DNA from: Laetmonice hystrix
Lineage: Eukaryota
DNA length: 64,000 bases
NCBI GenBank assembly: GCA_965235115.1
Contig: OZ249436.1
Location: 50,904,001 to 50,968,000, forward strand
Reading direction: 5' to 3'
Shown here: in pieces, positions 13,870-28,375 of the stretch
How positions within the stretch are numbered: the stretch's first letter is position 1
Layout: every line of letters begins with the position of its first letter
The notes under the pieces: generated by a model
Database searches by the model: none
What the model was told of the DNA's origin: nothing
The model's input: only the letters and a program-made list of their open reading frames with translations
Position numbers and translations under genes: made by a program

Positions 13870-14457
13870 CTGTCGGGAGAATAAATAATGTTAACTATGT
13901 CAGGGGAACTCGATTCTTGTTATACTCTGGAGAATTCCACATTCAGAAAGTGATTCTGTATATCCATAAGGCCACATAAATTTGGATCTGGATTTTCTTC
14001 ATATTTATTTTCCAAAGAACTCTTAAAATAAAGTTTAAACACTGCCAAAACAAGTTTTCGACGCCTATTTAGACCTGTACATGTATAAATTTCACTTTAA
14101 AAAAGATTTAAACAGCAATTTTCATGTTTTCTTCTTCAATTTCTAGCTTGAAAGTTTCTAACTTTTTTTCTGACCATGAATACCATAGATTTCTTCTTCC
14201 TCCAGCTTTACTGCCACTCCATTCATAGAATTCATAGACCTGGAAAAGGTTGAAGAGGTGGACGCCAAACAAATAATTTTTTATGTGACCTAACTAAACC
14301 CCGGATTCTATTTATTTCCTGCAGTCTATTCGTGTATGTTTGACCCCGATTAGAAGCTTACAAATATATATGCCAAAACTTGTGTGATTCACTTTATCTG
14401 ATATAAACTAAACCGTTCGTCGACTATACAATTACCAGATGTAAGCATCTGTGAGGG

Positions 14458-15050
14458 AATCAAATCCTTCTCCTTGCACGTCTGCCCATGGCATGTGTGA
14501 CATATCTTTGATCAAACCTTCTCCTTGCACGTCTGCCCATGGCATGTGTGACATATCTTTGATCAAACCCTTCTCCTTGCAAGTCTGCCCATGGCATGTG
14601 TGACATATCTTTGATCAAACCCTTCTCCTTGCACGTCTGCCCATGGCATGTGTGACATATCTTTGATCAAACCCTTCTCCTTGCACGTCTGCCCATGGCA
14701 TGTGTGACATATCTTTGATCAAACCCTTCTCCTTGCACGTCTGCCCATGGCATGTGTGACATATCCTTGATCAAACCCTTCTCCTTGCACGTCTGCCCAT
14801 GGCATGTGTGACATATCTTTGATCAAACCCTTCTCCTTGCACGTCTGCCCATGGCATGTGTGACATATCTTTGATCAAACCCATCTCCTTGCACGTCTGC
14901 CCATGGCATGTGTGACATATCCTTGATCAAACCCTTCTCCTTGCACGTCTGCCCATGGCATGTGTGACATATCCTTGATCAAACCCTTCTCCTTGCACGT
15001 CTGCCCATGGCATGTGTGACATATCTTTGATCAAACCCTTCTCCTTGAAC
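14458..15050. repeat. 52-bp minisatellite, ~11 copies
   Basis: Unit GATCAAACCCTTCTCCTTGCACGTCTGCCCATGGCATGTGTGACATATCTTT (e.g. 14561, 14613). Confidence 0.95.
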
Positions 15051-17127
15051 GCCCCCCCCCCATCGCATGTGTAGCGTATCCTTTATCAAACCCAACGTTG
15101 TGGGCAGGGAAGATGTTTCGACTTTACGACATGGGAGCAGATATTCGGAGCAGTCCTTGCTCCGACTTGGCCATTTGAGCCCATTCCAGGCAGATACTCT
15201 CATGGGCATTTGTTAGGGGTCATACGTACAGCTTCCTCGGCACATCAAAAGGCGACAGGGCAGGGGAATCCCGTTTCTGACGTACAAAATTCGACTAGTT
15301 GAGGAGTTCCTTCCCTTATTGAAGGTACAAGTTCACAGGCTGCCCACCAGGTAAGAAAACTACCATCCACTCACCAAATGCGACGAATACAGTTGTTCAA
15401 AGCCATGTTGATAGAGGGATATCTTATATTCTCTGCCGAAGTCGGTAGCTAATTTACAAAAGGTGTAGGATATGTCATTTTCTATAGGAACCCATTAGAA
15501 TGGTGTCATCCTTGTTACCTAAAGTCGTGTACCAAGGGGACTGGTCCTAATTGGGTAAGTTGAAGGATAGCTGCAAGGCCTATACTGATTTTAGCCCAAC
15601 CAGTTAAAAATAAATATTTTACTCGGTAATTGTTTTGTTAACTATGTCATGCATATTATTTCTCTTTCTCTCAATACGCATGTAACATCCTGGCTATACA
15701 TTGCAGAGTTAGAGTGAGCTTGTCCTGCATGTTTCCGACGGCTTCTGCGTCTTATCTGGTCTGTCTAGATGTGTCTGAGCCAAAGTTTCCACCCGATAAC
15801 GGGTTGGGAGTGGCTTCAGGCCGTCAGCGGTTTATTCCTGGCCACCTGGCGGACCTCGTCCAGACAACATCTCGGTGACAATCTTTGAGGGGGCGGGTTG
15901 ACTTAAGTAACTCCCGGACAGGAGATCTCGAGGTCTCCACGTCGTCTCCACGTCTTCCTGTCCCTCAGTTAATCTGTGTTCACACTTCCGGCCATCAGCT
16001 CAAGTCGCAATAACAGAGTCGCCATCAAACCCTCTTTACTTGTTTCTACGATGTGGTCGCGCAAATCATAGGCCTAACTGCTCATAACTGATCTTCCTAT
16101 ACTTAACAATGGCACAAATCATTGAAATTTAACAACAAAGCAATCCTAACTTTGAAGTGAATAGTGTCTATTAGGCAATGCAATGAGATATTAATATGTT
16201 GGTCAAGAATATCAGCGGTTGGTGAGACCTTTCGCACCATCTATTCATATCCTGATCGCTTTGGGCAGTTAAGCTCCTCCGCTTGAAGTTTGCGGCAGTC
16301 ATCGGTCAATCAAGATGTAAGGCAACCGGCTGCAGAACTATCCGTTTGTTGTTAGCTCGCGTGTGCACCACGTCAAAGATTACAAAGAGGAGAAACGAAT
16401 GTGTCAAAACCATCTGCTGTGACAGGTGAGTGTCTTTATGATCACGAGTGAGAATTACGCTGCGGGCCACGCTCAATTTTCGTTATCCGCCAACTTGGTC
16501 TGGTTCTGTTGTGTGATTTCGATGTTGTGCTCATAGATGTACAGATATACACTATATTATAACACTATATAGGCCTGTCACGACCCAGCCAGACGAGGAC
16601 GGAAATTACAACTTTGGAGCGATGATAAATATATAGAACCGTTCTATACGAATGCTACTGTATATAATCAATGCTTATACTACTTATATATCGTAAGGAA
16701 AAATATGGATCTAAGGGCTACATTTTGATATAATGTAATTTCTATTATGATTGGCCGTTTTAGAAGCAAATTGGGGTACACAATGCCATAAGTTTGTACA
16801 TTTTAACATTACGTCTAAGTCAGTTTCTGGCTGAAATCGGAATTTTTATTTGAACCACTTATAAGTTGGTTAAGATGGGAATTTTAATCTCATCTAATGT
16901 CCAGACTGGTTAAAATGAATTTATTATTCTAGCCGGATATATTTGAAATGAAAAAAAATACTCCAATCTCACCCAGCTGAGATTGGAATCCTGATCCAAG
17001 CCGGTCAGAATCAGAATTCTGATTTTATCCGGGTAGATTCAGAAATACAATCACCGATTTGTGCAGAGGATATGACCCTAAGATTCGATGAACCGAACTT
17101 GGTAATACTGTGCTCGGGTTACGGTAT

Positions 17128-17238
17128 GACATCACTAGATTGGATAACGTAACCCCCTCTAACAGACATCACTAGATTGGATAACGTAACCCCCTCTAAC
17201 AGACATCACTAGATTGGATAACGTAACCCCCTCTAACA
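17128..17238. repeat. 37-bp tandem repeat, 3 copies
   Basis: Unit GACATCACTAGATTGGATAACGTAACCCCCTCTAACA. Confidence 0.9.
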
Positions 17239-19272
17239 GGTAGAACCCGACGTCCCACAGAGAACGCTCATATTAACATATCGTGCCCATATTTCGTTCC
17301 CCGATGCTCCAAGTAAACCTGGAGCATAAAGTAAACAGACACCACGTCCTCGATCGGTGGCAGTTGTTGCTCCAGAGAACAAACACGATATATCATACTT
17401 AGTAACGTTACTGTGACTGTATTCATTGCCTGCAGTATACGCAACCAAAGATTCTTGTGTCTGTCTATATAACTGATCTTCTCTTTTATAGATCAAACCT
17501 CCCGTAAATGCATGTCGTATAGCAAAAGAAGAATTTGATTATATTATGTACTGCTTAGTGCGATCAAATCTAATTACTACTGCCCAAACGTACTATATTA
17601 TACGTCGAGACAGTGAGGAGCAGTCAAAGCGTATACAATGTGTGAAAAGCCAGTATAACCTGTGAATAATTATGTGTAGAGGAATCTATAACTGTCACAA
17701 ATGGAAAAGCTAGAGAGATGGCGGCTACGAAAGTGAAGTATAGTTCTTATAAAGCTCCTACAATAACACCCCGCGAGTACTTCTAACATTGTCAAACCCT
17801 TGGAAATCAAGCCGGATACGTAAGCGTGGCCGCCAGTGAGGTAGTCCAGCAGTAAATCCCTTGAACAGTTGGTGCCTTGGGGCTGGGATTTTCTACCGTT
17901 ATTCTGTGGGTGGCTTACACGCCACTGATTGCCCGGCAGGAAGCAGGAGGCACAACATCCCTGCACGATATCTATAGCGACACGTCGACATTTTCCCGCC
18001 ACGCATGTTAAGTGAATTGCTCTCGGAGAGAACCCCCTTCCCCCCACCAACCAGATTCAAGTAAAATTAACTTCAAGTTAATTAGAATTGACTTGACTTT
18101 GCTTGTGAACTGGGCCCAGGCACCACTATACTGTTCAACGCACATGCCTATTTGAGCCTTTCGTTCTTTAAGCTTAGCTGTTGGAAAGTGGACATGATTA
18201 ATTGAAGTGGAGGTCCCCTGTCATTGGTAGCTTTGGATCTCACCATCTGTATGATAGGCCTAAATCATTGAAGTTGGTTTGGTATTCCATCCCATATATA
18301 TTTCATGACACGTACATATATAGAGTAGAACGGGGGGCGGAGACACATGGGCAAGCCGTATCGAAGGTCGGTGATAAATATTCTACGTGATAAATATTCT
18401 ACAGATCATCCACTGAGAGTAGTGTAGCTCGCACTGGACCAAGCTCTAACCCCTTGTCTGATGTTTCCCGTATATTCCACTTGTCCGTTTTGTGCTGTAC
18501 GTCTCTCTGTCTCGATATTTGGGCACAGAATCCCGTACGTTATAACGTGCAGTCACACGGAAAAATGTCATACGAAAAAGGCTGGCTCAAATCACCAAAG
18601 AGGGGAGCTATCAGAGGCGAGAAAGGTCTTCTGTTTTTTTGTTGTTGTTTTTTTTTTTTTGGGGGGGGGGGGCAGAATTTACTTTACTAGTTTTACTAGT
18701 ACGTCACGGGTATTCTCTAACTTATGTATAGACATAAAATGATATGGGCCTATCAGCTTTAAAGGAGTGCAGATTAAAAGGGTTCACCTCAACATCACTT
18801 TCCTTAATACGCACTCTATCCATAATGTTTTATCCCAGCATTTTCGGACACCTGTCCTCACAGATATAATTGGCCTTTCATGTTTGTGTTGCTATAGTTA
18901 CACGAAATCACAGAGACGAATCACCGGACAACCCTGTATACATGTTCCTGACCCGCACTCGGTATCAAAGTCAGACCCATCTGTAGTGTTTCTCTGATTC
19001 AGGTCGACGTACGCGTCCGTGATTGGAACAGTAAGCTCCGAGTTAGCCAGATGACGTGATGGGTGAAGGCAGTGTTCGGCCACCTCCATACATAGCACCT
19101 CTGAGAGACACTCCGTGCCCTCCTTCAAACACTGATGTTCTGGTTTAGTTATTGAGGATCCTTCACAGAGCTATATTATTACAGCTCTTGTATCCTTCAT
19201 CCAGCCTTCACAGGCGACCCGAGGGCTATGTTGCGTTTGAAGGCATGGCTGTCCGGTATCTCAGTTTCTTAA

Positions 19273-19613
19273 AGGTGCTATTCGTGAACAAAAATTCAAT
19301 TTTTTTTATTTTTAATTTTGTTGACGTTTATGTGATCCCACCTATCATGGAAATAGATTCACAACAAAGGAAATCAAAATTTTTCATGGATAACGGCACA
19401 AATGGGGCTCTCTCAGAAGGCCTGTGGAGACCCTGACACGCCCCACCATAGGAAATGGCTCTATCTCGGTGCGCACCGAGATAGGTTTCAAATGCTGTAC
19501 ACAAACTAATAGAGGGGTTATCAGGCCAATGGTATCGGTAGGAATTTTTTCTAGTACTATGTGCACAATGTATGATAGGAGAAATGCCATTCTGTTCGAG
19601 ACGAATAGCACCT
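19273..19613. mobile_element. TTAA-flanked MITE (Kolobok-like)
   Basis: TTAA|AGGTGCTATTCGT...ACGAATAGCACCT|TTAA. Confidence 0.8.
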
Positions 19614-21889
19614 TTAAATGATATTGGGCAAGGAGACAAGATATGTATAATGCCAGATAGCGTCGGCAGTGCCTAATAAGTGGCATATGTGGTTTCATCT
19701 TTGATATCGCCTGCTGTTGCCACGGTTGTCACTACATGTTGCAGACCTTGACGTATTTATCAAGGCGCATGCGCGAGGTGAATCTGTGAAGCACAATATC
19801 ATTCGAGTGGCTGCACTGCGTTAGGTAGGGCCTAACTTGTCAGAAACTGGGTCACTGCGCAGTCGAATGGGACTAGTTGCTGGGTTACAACGGATTCTAT
19901 TTCCCGCCTGTCATAACTTGAATAAGTTGAACCTCATCAAAGTGAAAGAATTCGTGTCACATTGACGACCTTAAATAGTCGCATCGAACTACATCTGAGC
20001 GTTTTGAAGCTATGGTAACGGACACCCCAGGCACACCAGTTGGCGGGTCTGACAGCTGCCTGCTGTAAAGCCCACTTTCCGTATCCTACTATGATACTCA
20101 CACTGTCCATGAGCAGAGGTAATTATTCACATCCGACGTCCTATGTCTAATGGTATCAGTTGAAATCCGTATATTAGTTCCTATTCGTGTTTAATAGTAT
20201 TACTCTAGTCATATATATTTCCCCCTTTGAGGCCACTTTTAAATAATTACCTAATTACCTCCGCCAACTGAGTTGGAGGTTATCTTCTCAGCCCGGTATG
20301 TCTGTGTGTCTGTCTGTTCACAAGATATCTCAAGAAGTAATAAACGGGTTGTCATGAAAATTTTGAAAATTCGTAAAAATATTAATTTGACATCCTGTCG
20401 TCACCCACAGGGCAAAGACACGTTTTGCAAACTTTGGGGTTCTCATTGATGCAATCCGAGCCCCTTATAGCAACGGCCCTAGTTTACATATCATGCTTTT
20501 ATACCAACCTTTACGTCCTCTTTGATAATAAAGCACCAAATTGCAGATACCAGAAAAGTCCGGTCTGCTACAATGCGCGAGACGGGACATGTGGGTTTTT
20601 ACAGGTGGCGCCGCTGTAGCAGCTCAGCAACTGGTGAAAACAACCTCTAGACAAGCGCGACTCTGTGCATGGCCTTTTATGGCAATTATGAACAGATTAC
20701 CAAATTGACTGTGTTAGAACAGCCACATAACGATAAGGCTGAAAGAAAGGAAAGAAAGGAAATAATATGATATATTCATAAAGCTTCCTTTGGGCCATTT
20801 TGCTGTCTGATTATTTTGATTTTACTCCTTGTCTGTTTGTATTAAAACCGAATTGTTTGAACAGAATGTAAACCGTTTTATTTCTATGATAAAAACTTTG
20901 CACGATTTGCACCAATCTTTTTCTTTATGCACATGCTTTATACTTCTTACCTGAGAATAATCTGTAGACAAAGAAACCTTTAAGGCCAGTCCGTACTGAA
21001 CTCCTGTAGCTTCTTGATTGGGCCTCTTTTTGTTTAACAATAAAAGGGTCTGTTTGAATGTGAAATAGAATTTTGCCCGCCTCCTTGAGAAGCCGGTCAG
21101 AATTTATAAGAAATGATGGTGAAATGAGTGGTCCCCTCTCCGACATAAAAGACGCGATCGAATCATAATTCAATATTTCATAAATAACGTTATTGTGTCC
21201 TTTTCTTTAATTCGCCATCAGTTATAGACCAAGATACAACAGGGAAAGGCGTTTCTTTAACGAGCACGACATCGAAGGCAGATCTAACGGTTCTGACAGC
21301 ATGGTGCATTTTTTATCAAACGTATTGAACTTAGGAAAGTTCAGCATTAGATAGCCATGGAGTCAGCCGATACCAGGAGTTTGAATTTGCCCCCTCTCTC
21401 CGAAAGTGGCGCTGCAAATGACGTCGAACAACATCCCATAATAGTCCCAAGTCCTGGGGAATCCCATGCTAACGACGAAAAGTGGCTTTTAAGCAACGAA
21501 AGTCGATGTATGCAACAGAATCAGCTAAAAGGCTGAGAAAGAAGGAGCTGGACAGACATGTTGACAGTGATTGTGTGTCTATCGGCACTGAAATGGGTCG
21601 GTGAATTGCCCTGAAAAACCACGCTCCGGTCAGCGTCAACTTAGAGGCGCTGAAACTCAGCGTGTGAAAAACGAGCTTGGGTGCTCGACAGGCGCGCATC
21701 AGGGAATTCCCCTGTTGCCCGGTTATCCAAAATGGCCAAGCGGTTCGAAGATAGAGCGTTAGATTGCAGCGGCGTCAGCTGAGCGTTCTCACGTTACATT
21801 TGGTTGGTCTCACTTCAATTTATTTGAGTTTTACATGTGACACTAAGCTGATAGTATAGGGTCGATATTATAGGTTTTAAAAACGTTGT

Positions 21890-22030
21890 AGCTTTAACCC
21901 CCACGAAATTTGGTCGAAAGTCCTAACCCCGGCCCCTACACCTCAAAAACATATCCCTATCCTATCCTTATCCCTGACCTTAACCCGAACCCCTGCCCAA
22001 AATTTTGTGGGAAAGGTATCATGGGGATTT
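21890..22030 (-). mobile_element. Family A interspersed repeat copy
   Basis: Reverse-complement similarity to 5772-5962. Confidence 0.7.
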
Positions 22031-22489
22031 CCCAATTGGCACCCAGACGAACCTTCACTCAGTTGAATCAACATTGTCATGCAGATTTCATGCCCAAGAA
22101 TCAGATTAAATATTGTCATCAATTAGGCTACCCAGAGGTCATCCTCGCTGTTCTGTGGATAAATAAGCAATCCCATCTGGAAACACCAGATTCTAATTAT
22201 TAACAATTAATCAAGGATCTTAATGATGTGAACGTGTTTTACTAGTATCGTTACTCGGAAAGACTTGAAATTTCTCAGGAAAAGGCGTTCAGAGCGGCTG
22301 TCTAGCATAACGCTCTTTTTAAAGCGTCTGATCGACTGAGACGTGCGTGTGTTTGGTTACTTGGGAGTAAAAAAAAACCATGGCGTGTCCCTTGCGGTGA
22401 TGCGTGGTGATCTAAATTTTTTGATCGAGACGCAAGGCACGCAGGGCATGCAGCGTGGCCTGCCGTGGGTGTAATAGACGTTGCGTTAA

Positions 22490-22966
22490 AGGCAGTAGAA
22501 AAGTTCAAACTATCAATATAAGAGTGTTCAGCATGAACAAGCTTGTTCCTACCTACAATCCTGTGATGGTCTGATCTTTAATAAAGGAATAATCAACTGA
22601 AATGTAGCTAAACATTCTGCCGCTGGCTTCGTCTGCTTGTCTGCCCTACTTGTCCACGAATTGTTATGTGGCCGCCAGGCGGAACGAACCACGCAGATTC
22701 CCAGCCAGGGTGCCGCTGGAAACAGGGTCTAGGGGCCCGTTTTACTAACAGTGACGGACTAGATCGCGGAGACGGAGGTAATTTTCCACCTTTTGTTTGT
22801 GTTTTAGCATAGCTCCCCCTGTCTCGCGTGAAAATAGCGTGTGACCCGAACGGTATTTTTAAAAAGTCGCCTTAGACAGTGTTCCACTTATGGGTGCGAC
22901 CTTAGACACTTTACATGGTGTTACTGGTCTTCAAAGGTACGTTAGTGAGGAACTTTTCTACTGCCT
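22490..22966. mobile_element. TTAA-flanked MITE (Kolobok-like)
   Basis: TTAA|AGGCAGTAGAAAAGTTC...GAACTTTTCTACTGCCT|TTAA. Confidence 0.8.
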
Positions 22967-23057
22967 TTAAGGAGTTTTTGCTGATCGACTGAAGCGTTTC
23001 TGGACCTTGCGTGTCTCACACGTGCCGTGTGGCACCAAAAACGCGTCAATCAATTAG

Positions 23058-23525
23058 TCCACCGGACGCGAGCGAGCGATTTGTTTTGGTGCGCGCGCGC
23101 TTCAAAAGTAGATATAGTTGAAGTGATTGCAGTAATTTCCACCAGACGCGCGCGCGCACACATCATGCCTCGCGCGCGCGATTTTTTAAAGTTGGTCAAC
23201 TTTTAACTTTTCCCGCTCGCTCGCTCGATGTAACGAGATTGTGTACTAGGAAATCTTCGCGACGCGCAAGACTAGACACTACCATATTGGGGTTTGCGCT
23301 CGCACCTGGTGGAAATGGTCAAAGATGATGCGCTCGCGTTGTGCTGACCAGGCGCGCGAGCGTGAAAGATGAAATCGCTCGCTCGCGTCCGGTGGAAATC
23401 GCGCATTGGGGATTTCCACCGGACGCGAGCGAGCGATTTGTTTTGGGCGCACGCTCGCGTCAAAAGTAGAAATACAAATGTAGTTGAAGTGATTGCAGTA
23501 ATTTCGACCAGACGCGAGCGCAGCA
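23058..23525. repeat. CpG-rich palindromic MITE-like block with partial duplication
   Basis: CCACCGGACGCGAGCGAGCGATTTG at 23059 and 23417, and inverted at ~23372-23396. Confidence 0.6.
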
Positions 23526-26500
23526 TGATGTGTTTTCCGGGTGTCGTCTATAGAAGGGGTTAAATGTGTGTCGAGTCATGTTTTCGAAGTAAGCCTGAGG
23601 TATTTCCTTTGGTGAGGTCAGGAAGAAGTTTGGACGCTTGGCGCACGTTGTCCATCATGTCCCTATCACCAACGGACCCCATAAGTTATTGTGTGCCTTC
23701 GCCAAGGTGCTGAGATAGACCGGGGTGAGGCGCCGAAACGCGCATCACTCAGACATTCCTGACAGTTTGGAAATGGAAGTCGTTATTCGAATCGAGATGC
23801 CTTGACGAGTAGAATCTGTTCCTGGATGACGTCGTGCCACATACCGATATATGGCGAAACTCATCAGGAGTGAGGGAGTGGTGGGATTGGTCATAATCAC
23901 GGCGAACGTAGGTAGGCCTATAGAGTCTAGTTCTAGGTATAGTGGATATTGTACACATTGTATTCCTGGCCCCCAAATGCAGTGGCGAAGGCGAAAGGTT
24001 AGGGGGCAGTACACCCTTTGGAGCCCCCCGATCTATCTGACTATATGCAAGTCGGATCTAGCCCTTTCGCAGGACTTCTACAATGGACCACCCCCCTTCT
24101 AAAATCCTGGACCCGCCCCTGTAAGGAGCGGTTATCCGTGCACAAACTAACTTTAATGTTTAAAAATTAAAATTAAAATTAAAATAAAAAAAGGCGTTGA
24201 CACGTACTATTTATTTACTTGTACTTCTTCTCGCGTTTTCTCAAAAAAATGAGCCGCACCAAAATTCTAAATTATAATTATGTAAATGTCATCAGGTGTC
24301 ACCATTCATTCAGTGTGATATGTATTCCTACTTCAAATCTATAAAAAAACCAATACAATATTATATATGTAAATACAATATTATGTCGGGATGAAGTTAA
24401 AAATGTAATACTGTCAATATTCGGTGTTACGATATCGTCTTATAACGATGTCTCGACAAGATATTTGTGTGGCTCCGAAGCATGTTTATTTGGTTAACAT
24501 CGACGGAGAAAATTACCACGGGAATTTAAAGGTTTTCAAGTCAGCGCATGGAAATTTTGATTTATACAAACGTAATTATACCAGGCTACGTGATTATTCC
24601 TTGCAGTTGGCCCCCTCGATCGACAATATATAGGTCTAAACACAAAAGGTTCTATGGCAATGTCGGCAGGATATGACATTTTAAATACCGCCAAGGTTCA
24701 GTTCTATAGATTGTAGCTTTATCCCCTTGAAGTTGTGCACACATTATGTCGAGAGATTGCTTGGTTATTGCCTGGTCACGTGAGGGATGAATATCAAGTC
24801 CACACCAGAGGGAGTAAGGTTGTATATACCCTCCCTCCGTTGGCTATGCTATAATTCCACCTTATCCTATATACAGGCGGGTTATAGATGATGACGGTGA
24901 TAATGGTGATGATGATCACATAATGACAAAAGAAAGTATAGGGTTCTCTACTATAATTGGTAATAACGCCTTAAATCGTAAATATACAGGCCTTGGCTTC
25001 TGAGGCGTGAAATGTTTCAGCGCTATAGGGCACACCGAAATCTGCGCGCGGGAAGACGAGTACGAGCAGGACCCAACAATAATTGTATGGCCCGCGTTGC
25101 AGAAGTTTTGTCCTAAATTGCGATAAGAGAATCCTCGTAAATTTTAAGATACGAGAAAATTTGCGAACATTCGTTAATTGCGTTTCAGAACAGCTTTCGT
25201 ATATCTGAAATTGCATATCTTAAATTTACGAATAAAATCGTAAATATTGTACGAGAATTCTCGTATATTGATTAAGGAAATGTTAACTTGTGTCGTGACA
25301 CCTGAATACGCACAGGTCTTGGCATGTGCTCCGGTTTATCTGTTGTTTTTGCGGAACGAATGTTTATGTTTTGATGATGCGGCCACCATTTTCCATGGGC
25401 GTTGAAAGGTGGAGGGGGGGGGGGCATGTCCCTCCCACTTTTTATACAGGGCGGGGGACATCATATCAATTGACATGCCCCCCACCCCCCACCCCCACAA
25501 GCCAACCCTTGGTGGGTTCAGCAGACAGCAGGTCTGATTCCCTAAGCAGTTAAGCGCGTTGAACTGGATCCGATATGTTGGCATGACGTTGTCCGTCTCT
25601 TTCGTTAATTAAAATGCCAAACCAGGGCTAAAAATGAGTGAGTTTGTGGGGGAGGGGGCGAGGGGGGAAAGCATATTTTTGCCCCCCTAGCTCAAGGTGG
25701 CAGGAGATGTCAGGCGTCAGGCACTTTCTTTGCTTAACCACATCGAGTGGTCTAGATCTATAGCCATATCTGATAGATGTGCGATTTTTGCTAATTAAAA
25801 AAATATTATTTTTAGCTACCTCTAAGACCTTGGAGTTTGATCCCCGATGCCAGAAAAACGCGTATTTGGCACTTTAATTTTCAATTTTTTTCGGGGGAAG
25901 GGCCCCCAGACCCCCGCTCGCATGACCAGCATTTCGAATCTTGGAACTTGGGACCTATGATTTGGTCTTTGCCCCCCACCTGTGAATATCTTTCGCCGCC
26001 TATGTAGTGCACATAATTTTAATTAATTGTCAAATGCTTGTGGCAGGCAACCCCCCCCCCCCTCCCGCCCTTTTATCAATACTGAAACTCGAAAACTGGT
26101 CCATCTGCGCATGCATGTTGCATGCTTTAGATAGGGAATCGGAGGGGGGGGGGGAGTCGTGACCCCCCCCCTTCTCTCGGTTATTTCCCCCTCTATTTCT
26201 AATAAACATGCATTAATCAGTGGGGTGTCCAGGATTTTGATATTGGGGTGGGGCCCACCTACAAAAAGAAATTATCCTCGCTACGCTCGGCATGATTTCA
26301 TGTTAGCTGTACTAAGGCATCTTCATACAAAAAAAAGGAAAATCTAAAGGGGCTGAGCCCCTCTGGATCCCCCACTGATTAATACATTAATTTTGACCAA
26401 AAGGTCGGTACCCAAAACTCTTTGGTTTGATGCAGAGAAGCCGGGAAATAGCATCTATGGCCTTTTATATTCCCAAACATTTTCAGTCGGAGCCCCCCCC

Positions 26501-26849
26501 CCCGGCGCGGGAACCTTCTGACTCCCCCCCCCTGCAAAAAATTATGGATCCGCCCCTGGTCCCCTCACCACATTTTCAAAGTATTCGACGCCCATGCCAT
26601 CATCAGAAGCAAAGGAAGACGACCGATCTGCATCCAAGCATGTCGGGACTGCAGAAGAAGTGAAAAGGGAAGCCTGGGAGGAGATATCTGGTCACTGTAT
26701 CTAGACTCTGCTATTCGCTAAATATGAAGGATTTGAGGTGTTTCTCATTTATGAAGTTGCAAATTCTGGTAGTGCCTACTATAGATGTGACGGCAGCCTA
26801 GGTATAGCAGTTCTCTATAGATCTTTTATTCAACTATATATCATATAGA

Positions 26850-28098
26850 TGTTACGCGCCATCGGTCGATCTGACCCATCGGCCGATGGGTCAGACCCAT
26901 CGGTGGATAGGTGGTTGGTAAACGGAACACATGGATGCAATACATAAAACGGACTATACTGTAGTTATCATGAAGAAAAAAACGTTTAGCCATAGGCACC
27001 CTAACTTTTAAGACTTTAACAGAACTTGAAATGTGTGTAAAAAGTTGAGTAGTGTTAACAGCGGGTAAATCCGGCGGTAATCAAACATGACAACAATGGT
27101 GACCGATCTGGGCAGGAGCTGGGTGTGGGGTCTGGACAGGAGCTGGGTGTGAGGCCTGGACAGGAGGTGGGTATGGGGTCTGGACAGGAGGTGGGTGTGG
27201 GGTCTGGACAGGAGCTGGGTGTGGGGTCTGGACAGGAGGTAGGTGTGAGGACTGGACAGGAGGTGGGTGCGGGGCCTTGACAGGAGGTGGGTGTGAGGTC
27301 TGGACAGGAGGTGGGTGTGGGGTCTGGACAGGAGCTGGGTGTGAGGACTGGACAGGAGGTGGGTGTGGGGTCTGGACAGGAGGTGGGTGTGAGGTCTGGA
27401 CAGGAGGTGGGTGTGGGGTCTGGACAGGAGGTGTGAGGTCTGGACAGGAGGTGGGTGTGAGGCCTGGGCAGGAGGTGGGTGTGGGGTCTGGACAGGAGGT
27501 GTGAGGTCTGGACAGGAGGTGGGTGTGAGGCCTGGGCAGGAGGTGGGTGTGGGGTCTGGACAGGAGGTGGGTGTGAGGTCTGGACAGGAGGTGGGTGTGG
27601 GGTCTGGACAGGAGGTGTGAGGTCTGGACAGGAGGTGGGTGTGAGGCCTGGGCAGGAGGTGGGTGTGGGGTCTGGACAGGAGGTGTGAGGTCTGGACAGG
27701 AGGTGGGTGTGAGGCCTGGGCAGGAGGTGGGTGTGGGGTCTGGACAGGAGCTGGGTGTGGGGTCTGGACAGGAGCTGGGTGTGAGGACTGGACAGGAGGT
27801 GGGTGCGGGGCCTTGACAGGAGGTGGGTGTGAGGTCTGGACAGGAGGTGGGTGTGGGTCTGGACAGGAGGTGGGTGTGAAGTCTGGACAGGAGCTGGGTG
27901 TGGGGTTGTCTCCTCTAGGTTTTCATGTCATTTCTGGTTTACCGATGGGTCAGACCCATCGGCACCCATCCACCGATGGGTCAGACCCATCGGCCGATGG
28001 GCCGCGACCCTGGCGCGCCGCGCCTCCACCCGTTGGCCGATCCACCGATGGGTCTGACTCATCGGCCGATGGGTTAGATCGACCGATGGCACGTAACA
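26850..28098. mobile_element. Non-autonomous element with TGT...ACA ends and 4-bp TSD (Ginger-like)
   Basis: TAGA|TGTTACGCGCCATCGGTCGATCT...AGATCGACCGATGGCACGTAACA|TAGA; subterminal CCCATCGG/CCGATGGG palindromic repeats. Confidence 0.75.
27108..27906. repeat. 24-bp (20-bp variants) G-rich minisatellite, ~34 units
   Basis: Unit GGTCTGGACAGGAGGTGGGTGTG(A/G), inside the Ginger-like element. Confidence 0.95.
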
Positions 28099-28184
28099 TA
28101 GATACTAATCTATCATCTTGCTATGGTTAAACACAAAATTAAAATCTTAAATATTATGGCCGCTAGAAGTGTCAACTGAACAAT

Positions 28185-28375
28185 GGGTATATCGCCCATG
28201 ATAACTTAAACCCCACGAAATTTGGTGGAAAGTAAAGATCCATGGCCCTGACCTTATCCCTAACCCCTAACCTCAGTCCCTACACCTCCCAAAAACATAT
28301 TCCTATACTATCCCTATCCCTATCCTTGACCTTAACCCTAACCCATGCCCAAACATTTCGTGGAAAGTTGGTTTT
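28185..28375 (-). mobile_element. Family A interspersed repeat copy
   Basis: Reverse-complement similarity to 5772-5962 and 47451-47640. Confidence 0.7.

Noticed and set aside
15375..15406. Alternative first exon for the LU gene (ATGGCTTTG...TTTG|gtgagt)
   Set aside because: The ATG frame ends in phase 2 and the phase-1 frame contains TGA; 29603-29537 fits much better.
20951..21173. Exon candidate with CAG|gtaag; one frame has a weak ENaC/degenerin-like GVQYGLAL
   Set aside because: Not a signal peptide, no partner exons found, and the similarity is too short to support.
27277..28130. Gly/Cys/Trp-rich ORFs
   Set aside because: Minisatellite translation; the 20-bp variants break frame.
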